A stretch of DNA of 64,000 bases from Selaginella moellendorffii (lineage: Eukaryota > Plantae > Lycopodiophyta), in the NCBI RefSeq assembly GCF_000143415.4, contig NW_003314295.1, forward strand, positions 1,285,923-1,349,922. The letters are read 5' to 3'. Below are positions 33,828-44,944 of the stretch, in pieces. The stretch's first letter is position 1; each line of letters opens with the position of its first letter. The notes below the pieces were generated by a model that worked only from the letters and a program-made list of their open reading frames with translations, was not told the DNA's origin and ran no database searches. The translations under genes and the position numbers were made by a program.

Positions 33828-34133
33828 ATGGCACTGCGAGATTCTTTGTTCGCAAAGTTTGTCTTCGTGTATGGGGACGACGACGATGACAATCCCCCGG
33901 ATCTCGCCCCCGCCGCCTCGGAAGTTCCTGCATTGTCTTCTTGTTTCCTGGGGGAAGACCAGATGGTTCCGAGAATCATCTATGAGGCTCACTGCGGAGA
34001 TCGCGATCGCCAAGTAAGAAATCCTGTTCCCTTTTCCTCTTTTGATGATTCCAGTTTGATTCACTGTGTTCACTGTGTTCCTTGATCAAAGCAGAGAGGT
34101 CAAACTCCTCCAACAGTTCGCATTGGGATCTGA
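33828..34133 (+). CDS. Orphan 74-aa acidic microprotein, copy 1 (exons 33828-34013, 34095-34133)
   Basis: MALRDSLFAKFVFVYGDDDDDNPPDLAPAASEVPALSSCFLGEDQMVPRIIYEAHCGDRDRQRGQTPPTVRIGI*; ORF, splice sites and stop are conserved in copy 2. Confidence 0.6.
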
Positions 34134-34289
34134 GAACGCTGGATCCTTTCACCGCTGCTCCAATTCAAATCCCACTTGCGTGTAATCTCGTCCTTCTCGA
34201 CCGCTCTGACGACCTATAAACTCTCACCTCTTATAGTTTTTGGTCACTTGTAACTCTTGAGAATAATACCGATCCACGTTTGAGTCGAT

Positions 34290-34620
34290 CGTGTTTAGTT
34301 TTAGATGGAGCCATGCCTTCGCTGCTTCACCGCTAGCAAGGAAGTATCCTCGAACGAAAAATCCATGCTTTCCGAAACTCCCCCCATGAACTCGCTTAAT
34401 TAAGGTCACGCTGTTGGTCGCTTCTTTCGCAGTCCTGGTTTCCAAGTGGGAAAGATCTGGCCGCGGTTCTAGAGACGTTAGAATGGCGATGAATTTCCGG
34501 AGGATCTCCTGATCATTTTTTATTGCCTGGAGAACAGCTGAGTCCACGTCGCCTTCATCGACTGTGGCAGATATTTCTTGACAGTTTTGTGCGCTCGCGA
34601 CCGCTCCTAGAGCCCTAAAT
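34290..34620 (-). pseudogene. Internally deleted relic of the PPR-SMR gene at 39656-41731
   Basis: AVLQAIKND.. fused directly to AKEATNSVTL...GYFLASGEAAKAWL, i.e. N- and C-terminal pieces of the intact paralogue. Confidence 0.8.
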
Positions 34621-34930
34621 TAAGAAAACTAAATCGTTTTAAGCTGTCTGCTGACATTCAGTTACTATATGCTTCATGTTCTTGATCATTTTCAGAAAGG
34701 CAAAGTTTCGAAGAATTTGATCACGGCTATGATTGTCTCGCTACACTGCGTAGCTATTAGCTACAAAATAACCGCCTAGACAGTGTCTACCAGGTGAAGG
34801 ATATTCCGAATCGTGATTGTCAGACTGCACATCGTCTCCCGTAAACGATCCTCGGCAAACGTGGCTTCTTTTCTTCACCTAGCTCCACGCTACCAGACCT
34901 AGCCACCTCTCCACAAGGGAGAAGAGCTAG

Positions 34931-35530
34931 ATGGAGATCGTCATCGATGGACACGGCCACATTCTCGGCCGCCTTGCTTCCATCTGCTCGAAGGAGCTTC
35001 TCAAAGGCCAGCGCTTGGTATTCGATTGCAGTGCGATTGTTCGATTGCTCGTTCTTTCTTTCTTTCAGGTGATTGTCCGCAAAAACATTTGCATGTCGGG
35101 GGGGATCATCCGCCAGAAGATGAAGTATCATCGGGCTCTAAGGAGGCGCAGCAACACACATCCCGGGCGTGGTGGCCCCAAGATCCACACCTCTCCTTCC
35201 GGCATTCTTGCGCGCGTCATCAAAGGTTGAGTCTTTCCTTTCAACCATTTGTGGGTAATTCTTTTCTTGTGGATCTAGAATGATTCCCAGATCGAAGAGG
35301 GCGGGTGCACTCCGCAATTTCAAAGCGTACGATGGCTGTCCTCCACCGTATGGTGTCGTGAAGAAAATGGTCATCCCTGACGCTCTCAAGTAAGCAAGAA
35401 ATATCTCTTCAGTCACCACTATCTTCCCCTTTGTTTCTGTAGAGTGCTCAGAATGAGAAGGGAGCGTCCCTTCTGCTTGCTCGGAGCTTTAGCGCGTGAT
35501 CTCGGATGGGAGGGTGGCGACTTTGTAGCT
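34931..35530 (+). pseudogene. Divergent 60S ribosomal protein L13a (uL13) copy, probably disabled
   Basis: IVIDGHGHILGRLASICSKELLKGQ, MSGGIIRQKMKY, MIP, YDGCPPPY..KKMVIPDALKVLR..FCLLG.LA.DLGW. The exon 2/3 junction (35225/35279) does not keep frame with canonical GT-AG sites. Confidence 0.7.
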
Positions 35531-35827
35531 GTAAGTAATGAAGTAATGAATGACTAGCAAGTTGATGTTATTTGATCTCTGCAAAGAGAAAGCGCTACTT
35601 TTTTACACGAGAAAACTCAAATTTCTAGCAGAAGTATGACAAGAAACAGAATGAACTTCAGCAGCAACAGGAAAATGTCTTGGAAGGTATAGTTGTTGCG
35701 CTAGTTTTCTATAAAATCAAATGCAAAGTTTCTAGCAGAGACAGGTCGTGAGTTTGAGATAAATCAATGGCGACAACAGGAAAAAATCTCGGAAGGTATT
35801 GTTTCAAAACGTGCTCTCACTTCCAGC

Positions 35828-36701
35828 TTTTGGCGAGCTAAAAGAACTCGTCATTGAAGGCTTCGAGATCCAAGGCGAAATCAAGCTTATTCCGTTGCCA
35901 AGCCTTGTGGAGCTTAACGTTAAGGTATATTTGGTTGTTGGATCATCATCTCTCGTTGATATTGTTTCTTATATAGGGCTTTATCATTGCTCCTGAACTG
36001 CCACATCCTGGCATAGCCTGGCCGTTGCTCACGACTCTAGAGCTTTTCTATATGTTGAGCCCAATCACGGTGAATGGTATCCTTGCAAGGTGCCCCTCAC
36101 TCACTAATCTCAGCATGATCGACTGCATTTACTACGTCGATTTTGACAACGAAGATGACACTGATGATGATGCTCCAATGACAAGTGCTTTCTCTGTGGA
36201 GTTGACGATTTTTTCACGTCATTTCGCTTTAAGTAAGTGTGCTCCAACATTTTCTGGTGCCTAAAACTCTAACTAGTTGCTGTTCTTTTTTCAAGGGCAA
36301 AGGGGGAGATTTACGACGAGATCAAGATCATTGCTCCAAGCTTGAAGAAACTGAACCTTTCTGGTTTTCAGAACCTCAAACTCGAGGGCCCCTTTGCACT
36401 GGCGGAAATGAGTCTTTCCGAGATCGACTTTGAGGAGGAATCACTTTCGATTATGCAGGAGCAGCTAAACAGCATAACGTCCGAGGATCCTTCAGTGACA
36501 GAAGTGCTCCAAGTCTCTACGGTGGGTGGCGATTCAGGCCGCCTCTATGCAGTGCTGCGCTCAATTGTGGGAATAACGACTACAGTGCTTGAAGTCCAGG
36601 GAAGTCCAGCACTCCTTGATAACATCGACCACTTACAGGTCTGGGAGTCCATCAGAACCTACGCAAGGACCGTCAATCTTGTTCCTGCCGAAGTCGACTG
36701 A
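35828..36701 (+). CDS. LRR-like coding exons resembling the C-terminal part of F-box/LRR proteins; 5' end not identified
   Basis: FGELKELVIEG, LPSLVELNV, WPLLTTLELF, ILARCPSLTNLSMIDC, IIAPSLKKLNLSG. Confidence 0.5.
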
Positions 36702-37626
36702 GAAATAACTTGTTGAAATAATAATAACCTTTGCCTGCTTGGATGCCTATTGTGTTTGAATATGGCTTGGACCACATCAAAAAAACTCTTCAAGCTCTAA
36801 TTATGCATTGTATTTCCATCATCTGCTGTGCATGTAATTGAATCATTGCAATGTAAATTTTCTTAACACTTTTCTATTAGGATAAAATGCGTGTATTTTG
36901 ATATTGTGGGTTGGAAAAGTTTTGATTAGAGGGCTTGCTTGCATCGATCTTCCTCGCAAGAGTCAAGAAGATGCCTCATTCTTAAGCATCCATCCTTCCA
37001 GAACGCTCTGAGGTGGATAAAAAGATAAGCTTGGCACCGACACGGATGACCGGCGATGACCACAAGGACCGGCAATGACAAAGGCTGATGACTGGGAGGA
37101 CTGGCGACGACGGAGATAAGTGGAGGTTTTTTGGAGCTTGGCGCTTGTATGGGTGGAGCTTGTTAGAGCTTACTGTAGCTTGAATCTCTTCTGGAGCTTT
37201 AAGAACGTGGAATTTAGAAGTGCTCCGTGTCACACTCAGTTTGTTCTCGTTGTCTTAGGCATGCTAAAAAACTAGCATTTTTGCATGCTTATGGCGGCAC
37301 CAAAGTAAAACATATAAAATGCTATATTCTTCAAGGCGCGTCCCCAGGACCTTCGGACGTTAATAAGTCTCGTGCCCCTGTTCTAGAAGATCAAGCCCCG
37401 GCTCCATGAGCTTTTTGCTACCCGGGCTGCTACTTAGCCAAAGACGATGATCGTACAATGGCTTCGCATTCAACACCGCCGAGTTTTTATTTCTTTGAAA
37501 GTTTTTGATTCTTTGACACTAACTCATGGCCTGTGCAAGAGATGAATCCATGATCTGCTCCATAAGAAGCTGCTCCTACTTACAATACATTGAATATAAA
37601 AAAAATTTGAAGTAGCTAGAAGTGAA

Positions 37627-38315
37627 TCAAGGAAGAATCATAGAAGTAGCAGCTTTAGTGAGTTGCTCTTTCATACGCTGGTGAGCAGCTTCTACGGATG
37701 CATCAGCATGCCATTTAATATCATCATCATCTTTGTCCTCCTCTTGAAGGTTTCTAGTCTTGATGCTTTGGCTCTTCAGAATCACTTTGGCAACCCTTTT
37801 ATCTTTCTTGCTGCATCCAATGCTGTTGTTCTGACTGTAAAACTTCATCATCGCCTTGTTGCTGTCGAGGGGATCCATATGAGAAAGGTGGCCACACGCT
37901 GCACACTTCAGACTTATCATTTTGTCTAGCACAATATCAGTCTCCGGATTCCCACACTTGTAACACTGAACATATTTCTCAATGAACCTATCCAAGAGAT
38001 CACACAGTTTTTGAGTTTCGTGAGCGCCATTGACAATAGAAGTATGAGTTTTGTTGTCGAAACTGGATTGCGCCCCAAGCTCACAACCAAAAAATTTTGT
38101 TACATGTGCTGGGGAACGTGCAAGTGCCTTAGCCACCTCGACAATATTCACAATGTTTGTCTTAATACCATTGCCACGCCCATGAATCTTGGTCACTAAC
38201 TTCGGCATTTTGTACCTGTGAATGTGAAGATGTCACATTGAAGCAAGAAATTTTACAAATAATACCTGTAGAAGGCATCATTGTTGTTGTTGGAGCCAAT
38301 GTTTTGAAGCTCCAT
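37627..38315 (-). CDS. Truncated eIF5 paralogue (N-terminal GAP/Zn-ribbon domain only)
   Basis: MELQNIG..DAFYR|YKMPKL..K..GRGNGIKT, KFFGCELGAQ, IVNGAH, FIEKYVQCYKCGNPET, LKCAACG, DDDDIKW.AD.S.EAA..R; stops before the W2/HEAT domain. Confidence 0.75.
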
Positions 38316-38499
38316 TGGTAACTTTTTCCTCAAACACCTCAAGCTTTTCAATTAAGTTTTTAAGCTAAATAAATGGTAAGCACTATTTTTATACTTTTCT
38401 TTGTTTTTTGCCTTCAGCGCAGCAAGAAAAAGTGTAACTCCGACCATATTACTTTGATGTCCAAGCGAACTTTATAGACGCTTTAATTATAGAACGTAG

Positions 38500-38810
38500 C
38501 TATGGTCACGATGTTTGCTCAAAACTGTCAGATTGATAAAAAAAATAATTAAACGCTTCCTCTAGGCAAGTCATCTCAGTGAGGCAAAGATTTTGTTTAA
38601 TCAGCCGCCACAAAAAGCATGGAACACAATGCTAAACGTGTACTATGTAAATGGTCTTATCAAAGAATCGAAACAGTGTTTGATCAGATTCCGGAGAAAA
38701 AGGTCAAGCAAAGAAGATCTTTGAGAGAATGCAAATGACTGGCGTAGCCTCTGACGTGTTACTTAGCAATGTATATCACTTGGATGCAGGGTCAAAACAA
38801 AGCATTGCAC
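38500..38810 (+). pseudogene. Fragmented relic of the PPR gene at 31778-33490
   Basis: Collinear pieces match 32632-33440 (tatggtcacgatgtttgctcaaaact; gcatggaacacaatgctaaa; tacttagcaatgtatatc.cttggatgca) with large deletions. Confidence 0.8.
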
Positions 38811-39154
38811 TTGGATCAATCTTCCTGTTATTAATTTCACATTGCACTTGAATCAATCTTCCTGTTATAGATTTCACACTTATACTTCCTTTCGAGCTCA
38901 ATCAAGGAAATAGTCAACATTAGTAAAAAGGAGTCAAATACGATTGCATACGTGGGTAAGAGGAACGTCTCGTCGCGTGGCTTCCACGAGCACCATGCAA
39001 GGGATGCGTGGAGCCACGGCCACCTCAGCTGCCACCTCGACCTGGCACGTCCACGTAAGATTACATGCCCCGCGAGTGAATCTCAGTGCTTATTCTATCC
39101 CTCTCTCGCTTTCTTGCTCACTCTCTTCTCTCTTGAGAAGAAGTCCTCTCTACA

Positions 39155-39456
39155 ATGGCACTGCGAGATTCTTTGTTTGCAAAGTTTGTCTTCGTGCATG
39201 GGGATGACGACGATGACAATCCCCCGGATCTCGCGCCCGCCGCCTCAGAAGTTCATGCATTGTCTCCTTGTATCCTGGGGGAAGACCAAATGGTTCCAAG
39301 GATCATCTATGAGGCTCACTGCGGAAATCGCGATCGCCAAGTAAGTTCTATTCCCTTTTCCTCTTTTGATGTTTCCAATTTGATTCATGTGTTCACTGTG
39401 TTCCTTGATCAATGCAGCGAGATCAAACTCCTCCAACAGTTCGCATTGGGATCTGA
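39155..39456 (+). CDS. Orphan 74-aa acidic microprotein, copy 2 (exons 39155-39340, 39418-39456)
   Basis: Same length and structure as copy 1; ends RDQTPPTVRIGI*. Confidence 0.6.
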
Positions 39457-39655
39457 GAACGCTGGATCCTTTCACCGCTCCAATTCAAATCCCTCTTGCG
39501 TGTATCTCATCCTTCTCCTTCTTTGCGGATCGGAGAAGCCAGAAAAAGCTAGTTGTCAAGGATCTATGACGAACTATAAACTCTCGCCTTTTGCTGTAAC
39601 CTCTGAGAATAATACCAATCCACGATCGCTTCTCTTCGAGTTTGAGTCGATCGTT

Positions 39656-41731
39656 TCAGTTTTTTAGCTCGGGCTTTCGACTTTGGAGCCATGCCTTGGC
39701 TGCTTCTCCGCTAGCAATGAAGTATCCCCCTGGACGACGGTTCTCCTCGAACGGAGAATCCATGCCTTTCAACACTCCCCCCACGAACTCGCTCAGGCTG
39801 ACGCTGTTGGTCGCTTCTTTCGCTCTTCCAGTCCCGGTTTCCACCATGACATCCTCCGGGAACTCGTCGCCATTCTCCGCCGCAGTGGCTAAGCTCTCGA
39901 TCCAAGCCTCCAGCGCGCACTCGGCACCAGCGAACGAGAGAGTTCTCAAGTTGAGTTGCCACAACGACGGTAAGGTGGTGTGGAGCCCGTGATACAAACC
40001 AGCCGAGACTCCGCTGGAAAGTATCGCTCGAGCAGCGTTTCTGGATCCCAGAACGCAGCAAAAGTCTATCACCGCGTTGCACATCGGCCTCCTTGACGGA
40101 GCCGTGATCTCCCGCAGCAAAAACTCGGTGGTCTCGGAAGCGATGTCATCAAAGTCATCGTCTTCTTTGGCTAGAACTAGCAGCCGGGACAAAAGCTCGT
40201 GGAGCCGGGGCTTGATCTTCTTCACGCACTCGAGGACGCCGAGCCGGGTTTCGTCACTTATCTGCGACGAAGAGGCGCACGAGACGAGCATCCCGCTCAT
40301 CCTCTCGTTCACAGAGCAGCCATTCGCGACCATCTCGTCAAAGATCCCGGGTATGCGATCGAAGTCCCCGGCCTGCTTGGAGGCCTTGATGAGCATCGTG
40401 TAGAAGGCCGCCTTTGGAAACACGGCCAAGTTCTTGAGCTTGTCAAACATGGCCCGGACCTCTGCCACCATGCCTTTGGTCGCGTAGACATTCATCAAAA
40501 TCCCATAAGTCATATGATCCGGCCACTGCTTCTCCATCTCCATCTCTGCGATCAAGCTCTCAGCCCTCTGGATGTTGCCGCTTTCCACACACGACTTGAG
40601 CAGCGTGTTGTAGACGAGGACGTCGAGCTTCCATTTCTTCTGCTTGATGGTGTCGTAGACGTCCAGGGCCTTGTCGAGCGCGCCAACTTTGGTGTACATG
40701 TCGATGAGGATGCTGAGAGTTATCTCCGACGGCTCCAGGCCATAGGTCGCCATCTCGTCAAACATCCCTTTGGCGAGCGTGACTTTCCCAGCTCGTCCTA
40801 GCGTTCCAATCAGAGTGTTGAAGAGAACCACGTTTGGCTTGATCTCGGCTTGTTCCATGTCTCGGAAGAGCCTCAAGATCGCCTGGTAATCCCCGACTCT
40901 CGAGTAGACGTTCGCGATCACACCAAACGAGACTAAGTCGGGCTTCCAGTTGTTCTTTCGCATTGTCTGGTAGAGATCCATGGCCTCGGCCGTTCTTCCG
41001 GCCTTCCCGTAGAGGTCGATCATGGCACTGTACGTAACTCCGTCGAAAGAAACTCCGGTTTCACGAAGCCGGTGGAACCAGGCTATGGCGTCCTCGGCTC
41101 GGTCGCAGCGCTTGGAACAGCTGACAAAGATGCTGAAAGTGTAGTTGTCCGGCATGATCCTCTCCTCGAGCATCTCCTTGAGAAGTACTTCCGACAAGCT
41201 CCACTGTTCTCCGTCGCGTAGCAGCTTGAGCATCATGTTGTATGCGAAGACAGTGATCTCGCAAACGTCACGCCGGGACCTCGCCCACCGGAAGAAGTCG
41301 AGCGCCTCCTTCCAGTCTCGCATCCCACCCAAGACCGCCACCACGGTCCTGGAAGGAAGATGGCCCCCGCTCCACGACTCTAGAGCCGTGGCCAGATCTT
41401 TTCCACTCGAGATACCATTTCGTATTGCCTGGAGAACAGCGTCTGCTCGGCCTATGTCCGGAGTCCACTTTGTGGAGCCGGGATTTTTCCTGGTGTCCCC
41501 TCGAAAGTCACTGCTCCTCGACTGTTGATGATACCAAGTCTTGGCAGATGGAGCCTCGGATTTCTTGGGGAAGTTTTCTCCTTCCACGACTGGTGCTGCA
41601 TTGCTGCTGCTGCTGCTGCCGCCCTCGTCTACACTCCCCTGCGAGCTACTAGCGAGAATTCTAGGGCTCTTGGAAGCAATGGGCGAGAATGCAGCGGCGG
41701 CGGCGATAGGCGTGTAGAGCACCCAAGCCAT
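39656..41731 (-). CDS. P-class PPR protein with C-terminal SMR domain (SVR7/ATP4-like), likely plastid, intronless
   Basis: Transit-like N-terminus, 35-aa P repeats (DGVTYSAMIDLYGKAGR; PNVVLFNTLI) and SMR region WQLNLRTLSFAGAECAL..W...VETGTG...SPF...GYF.ASGEAAKAWL. Confidence 0.93.
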   Translation of the reverse strand: MAWVLYTPIAAAAAFSPIASKSPRILASSSQGSVDEGGSSSSSNAAPVVEGENFPKKSEAPSAKTWYHQQSRSSDFRGDTRKNPGSTKWTPDIGRADAVLQAIRNGISSGKDLATALESWSGGHLPSRTVVAVLGGMRDWKEALDFFRWARSRRDVCEITVFAYNMMLKLLRDGEQWSLSEVLLKEMLEERIMPDNYTFSIFVSCSKRCDRAEDAIAWFHRLRETGVSFDGVTYSAMIDLYGKAGRTAEAMDLYQTMRKNNWKPDLVSFGVIANVYSRVGDYQAILRLFRDMEQAEIKPNVVLFNTLIGTLGRAGKVTLAKGMFDEMATYGLEPSEITLSILIDMYTKVGALDKALDVYDTIKQKKWKLDVLVYNTLLKSCVESGNIQRAESLIAEMEMEKQWPDHMTYGILMNVYATKGMVAEVRAMFDKLKNLAVFPKAAFYTMLIKASKQAGDFDRIPGIFDEMVANGCSVNERMSGMLVSCASSSQISDETRLGVLECVKKIKPRLHELLSRLLVLAKEDDDFDDIASETTEFLLREITAPSRRPMCNAVIDFCCVLGSRNAARAILSSGVSAGLYHGLHTTLPSLWQLNLRTLSFAGAECALEAWIESLATAAENGDEFPEDVMVETGTGRAKEATNSVSLSEFVGGVLKGMDSPFEENRRPGGYFIASGEAAKAWLQSRKPELKN

Positions 41732-42149
41732 TTGGATGGCGCGATCGCTTCGAGCTCTGCGTGGAATCAAAACTCACCGCGCGCGCCTCCATGCATTTCC
41801 GGGAGCCCTAAAACTTAAAATCGTTTTTACATTCAGTTTACCGGGTGGCATTGTTCCATTATTATATAGCTTTCCACAACGATGACTCATTTGGACGACT
41901 TTGACTTTTGATTTTTCTTTCGAGGGGATAAGCATGAAATCAAACTTGTTACTCAAAATTTTGAAAAGCAGAATTCCACGCTTAAGGGCCCCTTTCAACT
42001 CTCGGAAATGAGCCTCTCCGAAACTTCTAAGTCGGTTGGTGGGCAGAGTTATTAATTCTAACGAGAGGAAAAAAAAACGCCAACCATAAACTATGTGACT
42101 ATGGCATTTAAAAAGCGGGTTTTTAGCAGGAGGAAAAAGCTCCAGAATG

Positions 42150-42575
42150 CTCTATGGTACGAAATGCCAAAGTTGGTGACCAAAATTCACAGTATTATTA
42201 ACACAAGCATTGTGAATATGGTGGAAGGCACTTTCAGGCTCCCCAGCACATATGACAAGGTTCTTTGGCTGTGAGCTTGAGGCACAATCTAGTTTCAACG
42301 ACAAAACCAGCACTTCTATTGTAGACAAAATGATAAATCTTAAGTGTGCACTGCATGTGGATCTCCTCATCAGCAAGGTGATGAAGAAGTTTTATACTCA
42401 GAGCGACAGCGTTGGGAAAGACAAGAGGGTTGCCAAAGTGTTTTTAAGGAGCCAAAGCAGCAAGAACAGAAACTGACAGAGATGATGATCATATTGAATG
42501 ACAGACTGATGAATCTCCAGAAGAGTGTCTGAGAGAGCAACTTACTGTAGCTGCACATTTATGATTCTTCCTTGA
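42150..42575 (+). pseudogene. Decayed, inverted second copy of the truncated eIF5 gene
   Basis: atgccaaagttggtgaccaaaattca; TRFFGCELEAQSSFNDKTSTSIV|DKMINLKCA; deletions and frameshifts relative to 37627-38315. Confidence 0.82.
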
Positions 42576-43816
42576 TTCGTAATGCTGACCTTCTAGATGT
42601 TCATTTGCAAGCCTAGTGACATTTGTATGTTGCTGAACGACTACACAATTGAACTTGATTCTGGAGGAAAAATCTTACGTCACAAAGCTCAAGTTTCTCA
42701 TGCTCCATCTCCTTGCTTTCCAGGATATAATCAGCCAACCTCAAGCCACATTATTCCATTCCACCAAGCTCCACCGTTTATTCCTGGGCCACCTTCAAGT
42801 CATATTTCCCCAATTTCTCACATTCCATTTGCTAGTTCACCACTATTTCATTTTCCGCCTTCTTGTCCTCTTGGCACCTGGTGGCCCTTTCCTGGTTCTC
42901 ATTTCAGGCCAAAAGAACATTGTAAATCTGCTTACCGCGGAGAGTATTGTCGATGAGTTTATCCATTTCTTGTCTTCGTCTACAGCCGTTTGATCAGGTT
43001 GAGAATCCGAACACGACTATATCAATAATTTTATACTCGTCTCTCGAAACATGGACCTATGCCCCATTCAAGTCCAAGAGGAAAAGTCGCTGCTTCCCTC
43101 CGTGTAGTCACTGTGCCGTAACTCTTTCAAAGCTAATCAAACTATTGTTCCGTCTCCAGAAGAAATAAAACTGTGTGACCTGGTCCGATGAAGCTTCAAC
43201 TTCAGTGCAACAGTGGATCAGCTGTGCCAAAACCAAACAGCATCCTGCTTGCAAGAAACAAGGTACAGAGCTATTTGCCCTTTCCTTCTTTTCGCTTTGT
43301 CGTGGAGCATGCAAGATCAACGCAGGAGAACAAAAATCTAGATTGGAGGGTTGGCGATTTTCGTACATTTGTGCTTGCCTTTTCAAGGAAGACAAGAGAA
43401 AGCGATTTTGTTATGTATCGTGTTTTCAAAAGCAGCAGCAGTGCCCCCATTGAACAACAACTTGCATAATCTCGGCCCCAGAAAAATCCTGGAACGATAT
43501 TATCTAGCACGGTTTCTAACTTAGAGGCGTTCACTTAGCCCAGGAGCTACCATTCCCAAGTGATCTGGAGAGGAAACAATCTTGACCGCCATCGAAGTTT
43601 GTGGTCTCATGCCTCCAGCTGGTCGCTTATGTCAATATATATGGCAAAATGTGGCGTCATTAAAACGAAAGGGATGTAGTCTTGGCGGACTGGACTTTTA
43701 GCACTTCTTCCAGGTCAGCATGTGACACGATCTCTACGTAGTGGAGAAGAAAAAGTGGAAAAGACCGGGATCGAACTCTAAGTTTGATCATGCTCTCGAG
43801 AGTTTTTCTCCTAAGA

Positions 43817-44944
43817 TCACTGTAAGTAGCCCAGAACATCGAGCAAGCCCTCTGATTCCAGCAAGGGCACCTCTAGAAAGTCTAGGCTAAGCAGGGCTTG
43901 ATCTTGCATCAGCGCGCTCATCCCGTCGTCATCGCTGCTGTCCAAGGCGTTGAGATTGTCACTGTTGTTGCTGATGTTGTTACTGTTCAAGTCCTCGTCC
44001 GCTGCGAAGCCATAGCTCTCATGGCCCAAGTCTTCTTGGCGCTGATTATAGCGTTCTAGATTGTGAGCAAGATCGATATAACTCATTGACATGAACTTTG
44101 GATCATCTTGTTGTTGTTGTTGTTGATGATGGTGATGTTGTTGGAGCTGATCATGGTCAACTTGAACGGATCCGGGCTCTTGCAGATCCGCATTCACGAC
44201 CTCGATGCTCCAGGAAGTGTGGGCACCAATGCCGGGCTTGATCGAGAGACTGCTAGTAGATGATGCCTCGGAGTTGAGGCTGCAATCAGTTTCGGGCGAC
44301 GGGAAGGCGGAGAAGGACGAGGTGAAAGATGTGTTGCGGCTGAAGAAGCTGGTGTGTGTGTTCTTGTGTGTTGCAGGCGATTTGATTGTCGACGAATTAT
44401 AGTGGAGTAGTGGCTTGTGGTTCTTGGGGTCGATCCCCATGCCCAAGAGCCTCTTGCTCAGGTGGAAGTTCCAGTAGTTTTTAATCTCGTTGTCGCTCCG
44501 GCCGGGAACTCGACCAGCAATGATGGACCATCTACAAACGAATTCGATCATTGGTCAGACAAGAACTTGATGATTGATCAAGCTTTGTTTATACCTGTTG
44601 CCAAGAAGAGAGTGCAGCCTGATGATGAGATCTGTCTCGTCCTCGGAGAATTTGCCTCGCTTGATATCCGGCCTCAAATAATTGAGCCATCTCAACCGGC
44701 AGCTCTTGCCGCATCTCAGCAATCCTATCGAAAGACAAAAGTTAAGTACTTTGGAATTGGATAGAACAGAAATCTCAGAAGTTCTTTTTGCGTTTGATTT
44801 ACCAGCTGCTTTGGGGACTTTCCTCCAGTTGCCTTTGTCGCCCTGGCGCTTGATATACTCCGTGAGGAGCGCGTCCTCCTCGGGCGTCCATGGCCCCCTG
44901 TTGAAATACGCATTGCTGCAGCAAGTGCAAGGCCCTCTTCCCAT
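43817..44944 (-). CDS. R2R3-MYB transcription factor, 3 exons
   Basis: [19 protein letters not shown]|[41 protein letters not shown]|[31 protein letters not shown]. Confidence 0.96.

Noticed and set aside
37040-37125. Short degenerate gatgac/gaccggc repeats
   Set aside because: Too short and irregular to assign; probably low-complexity or TE debris.
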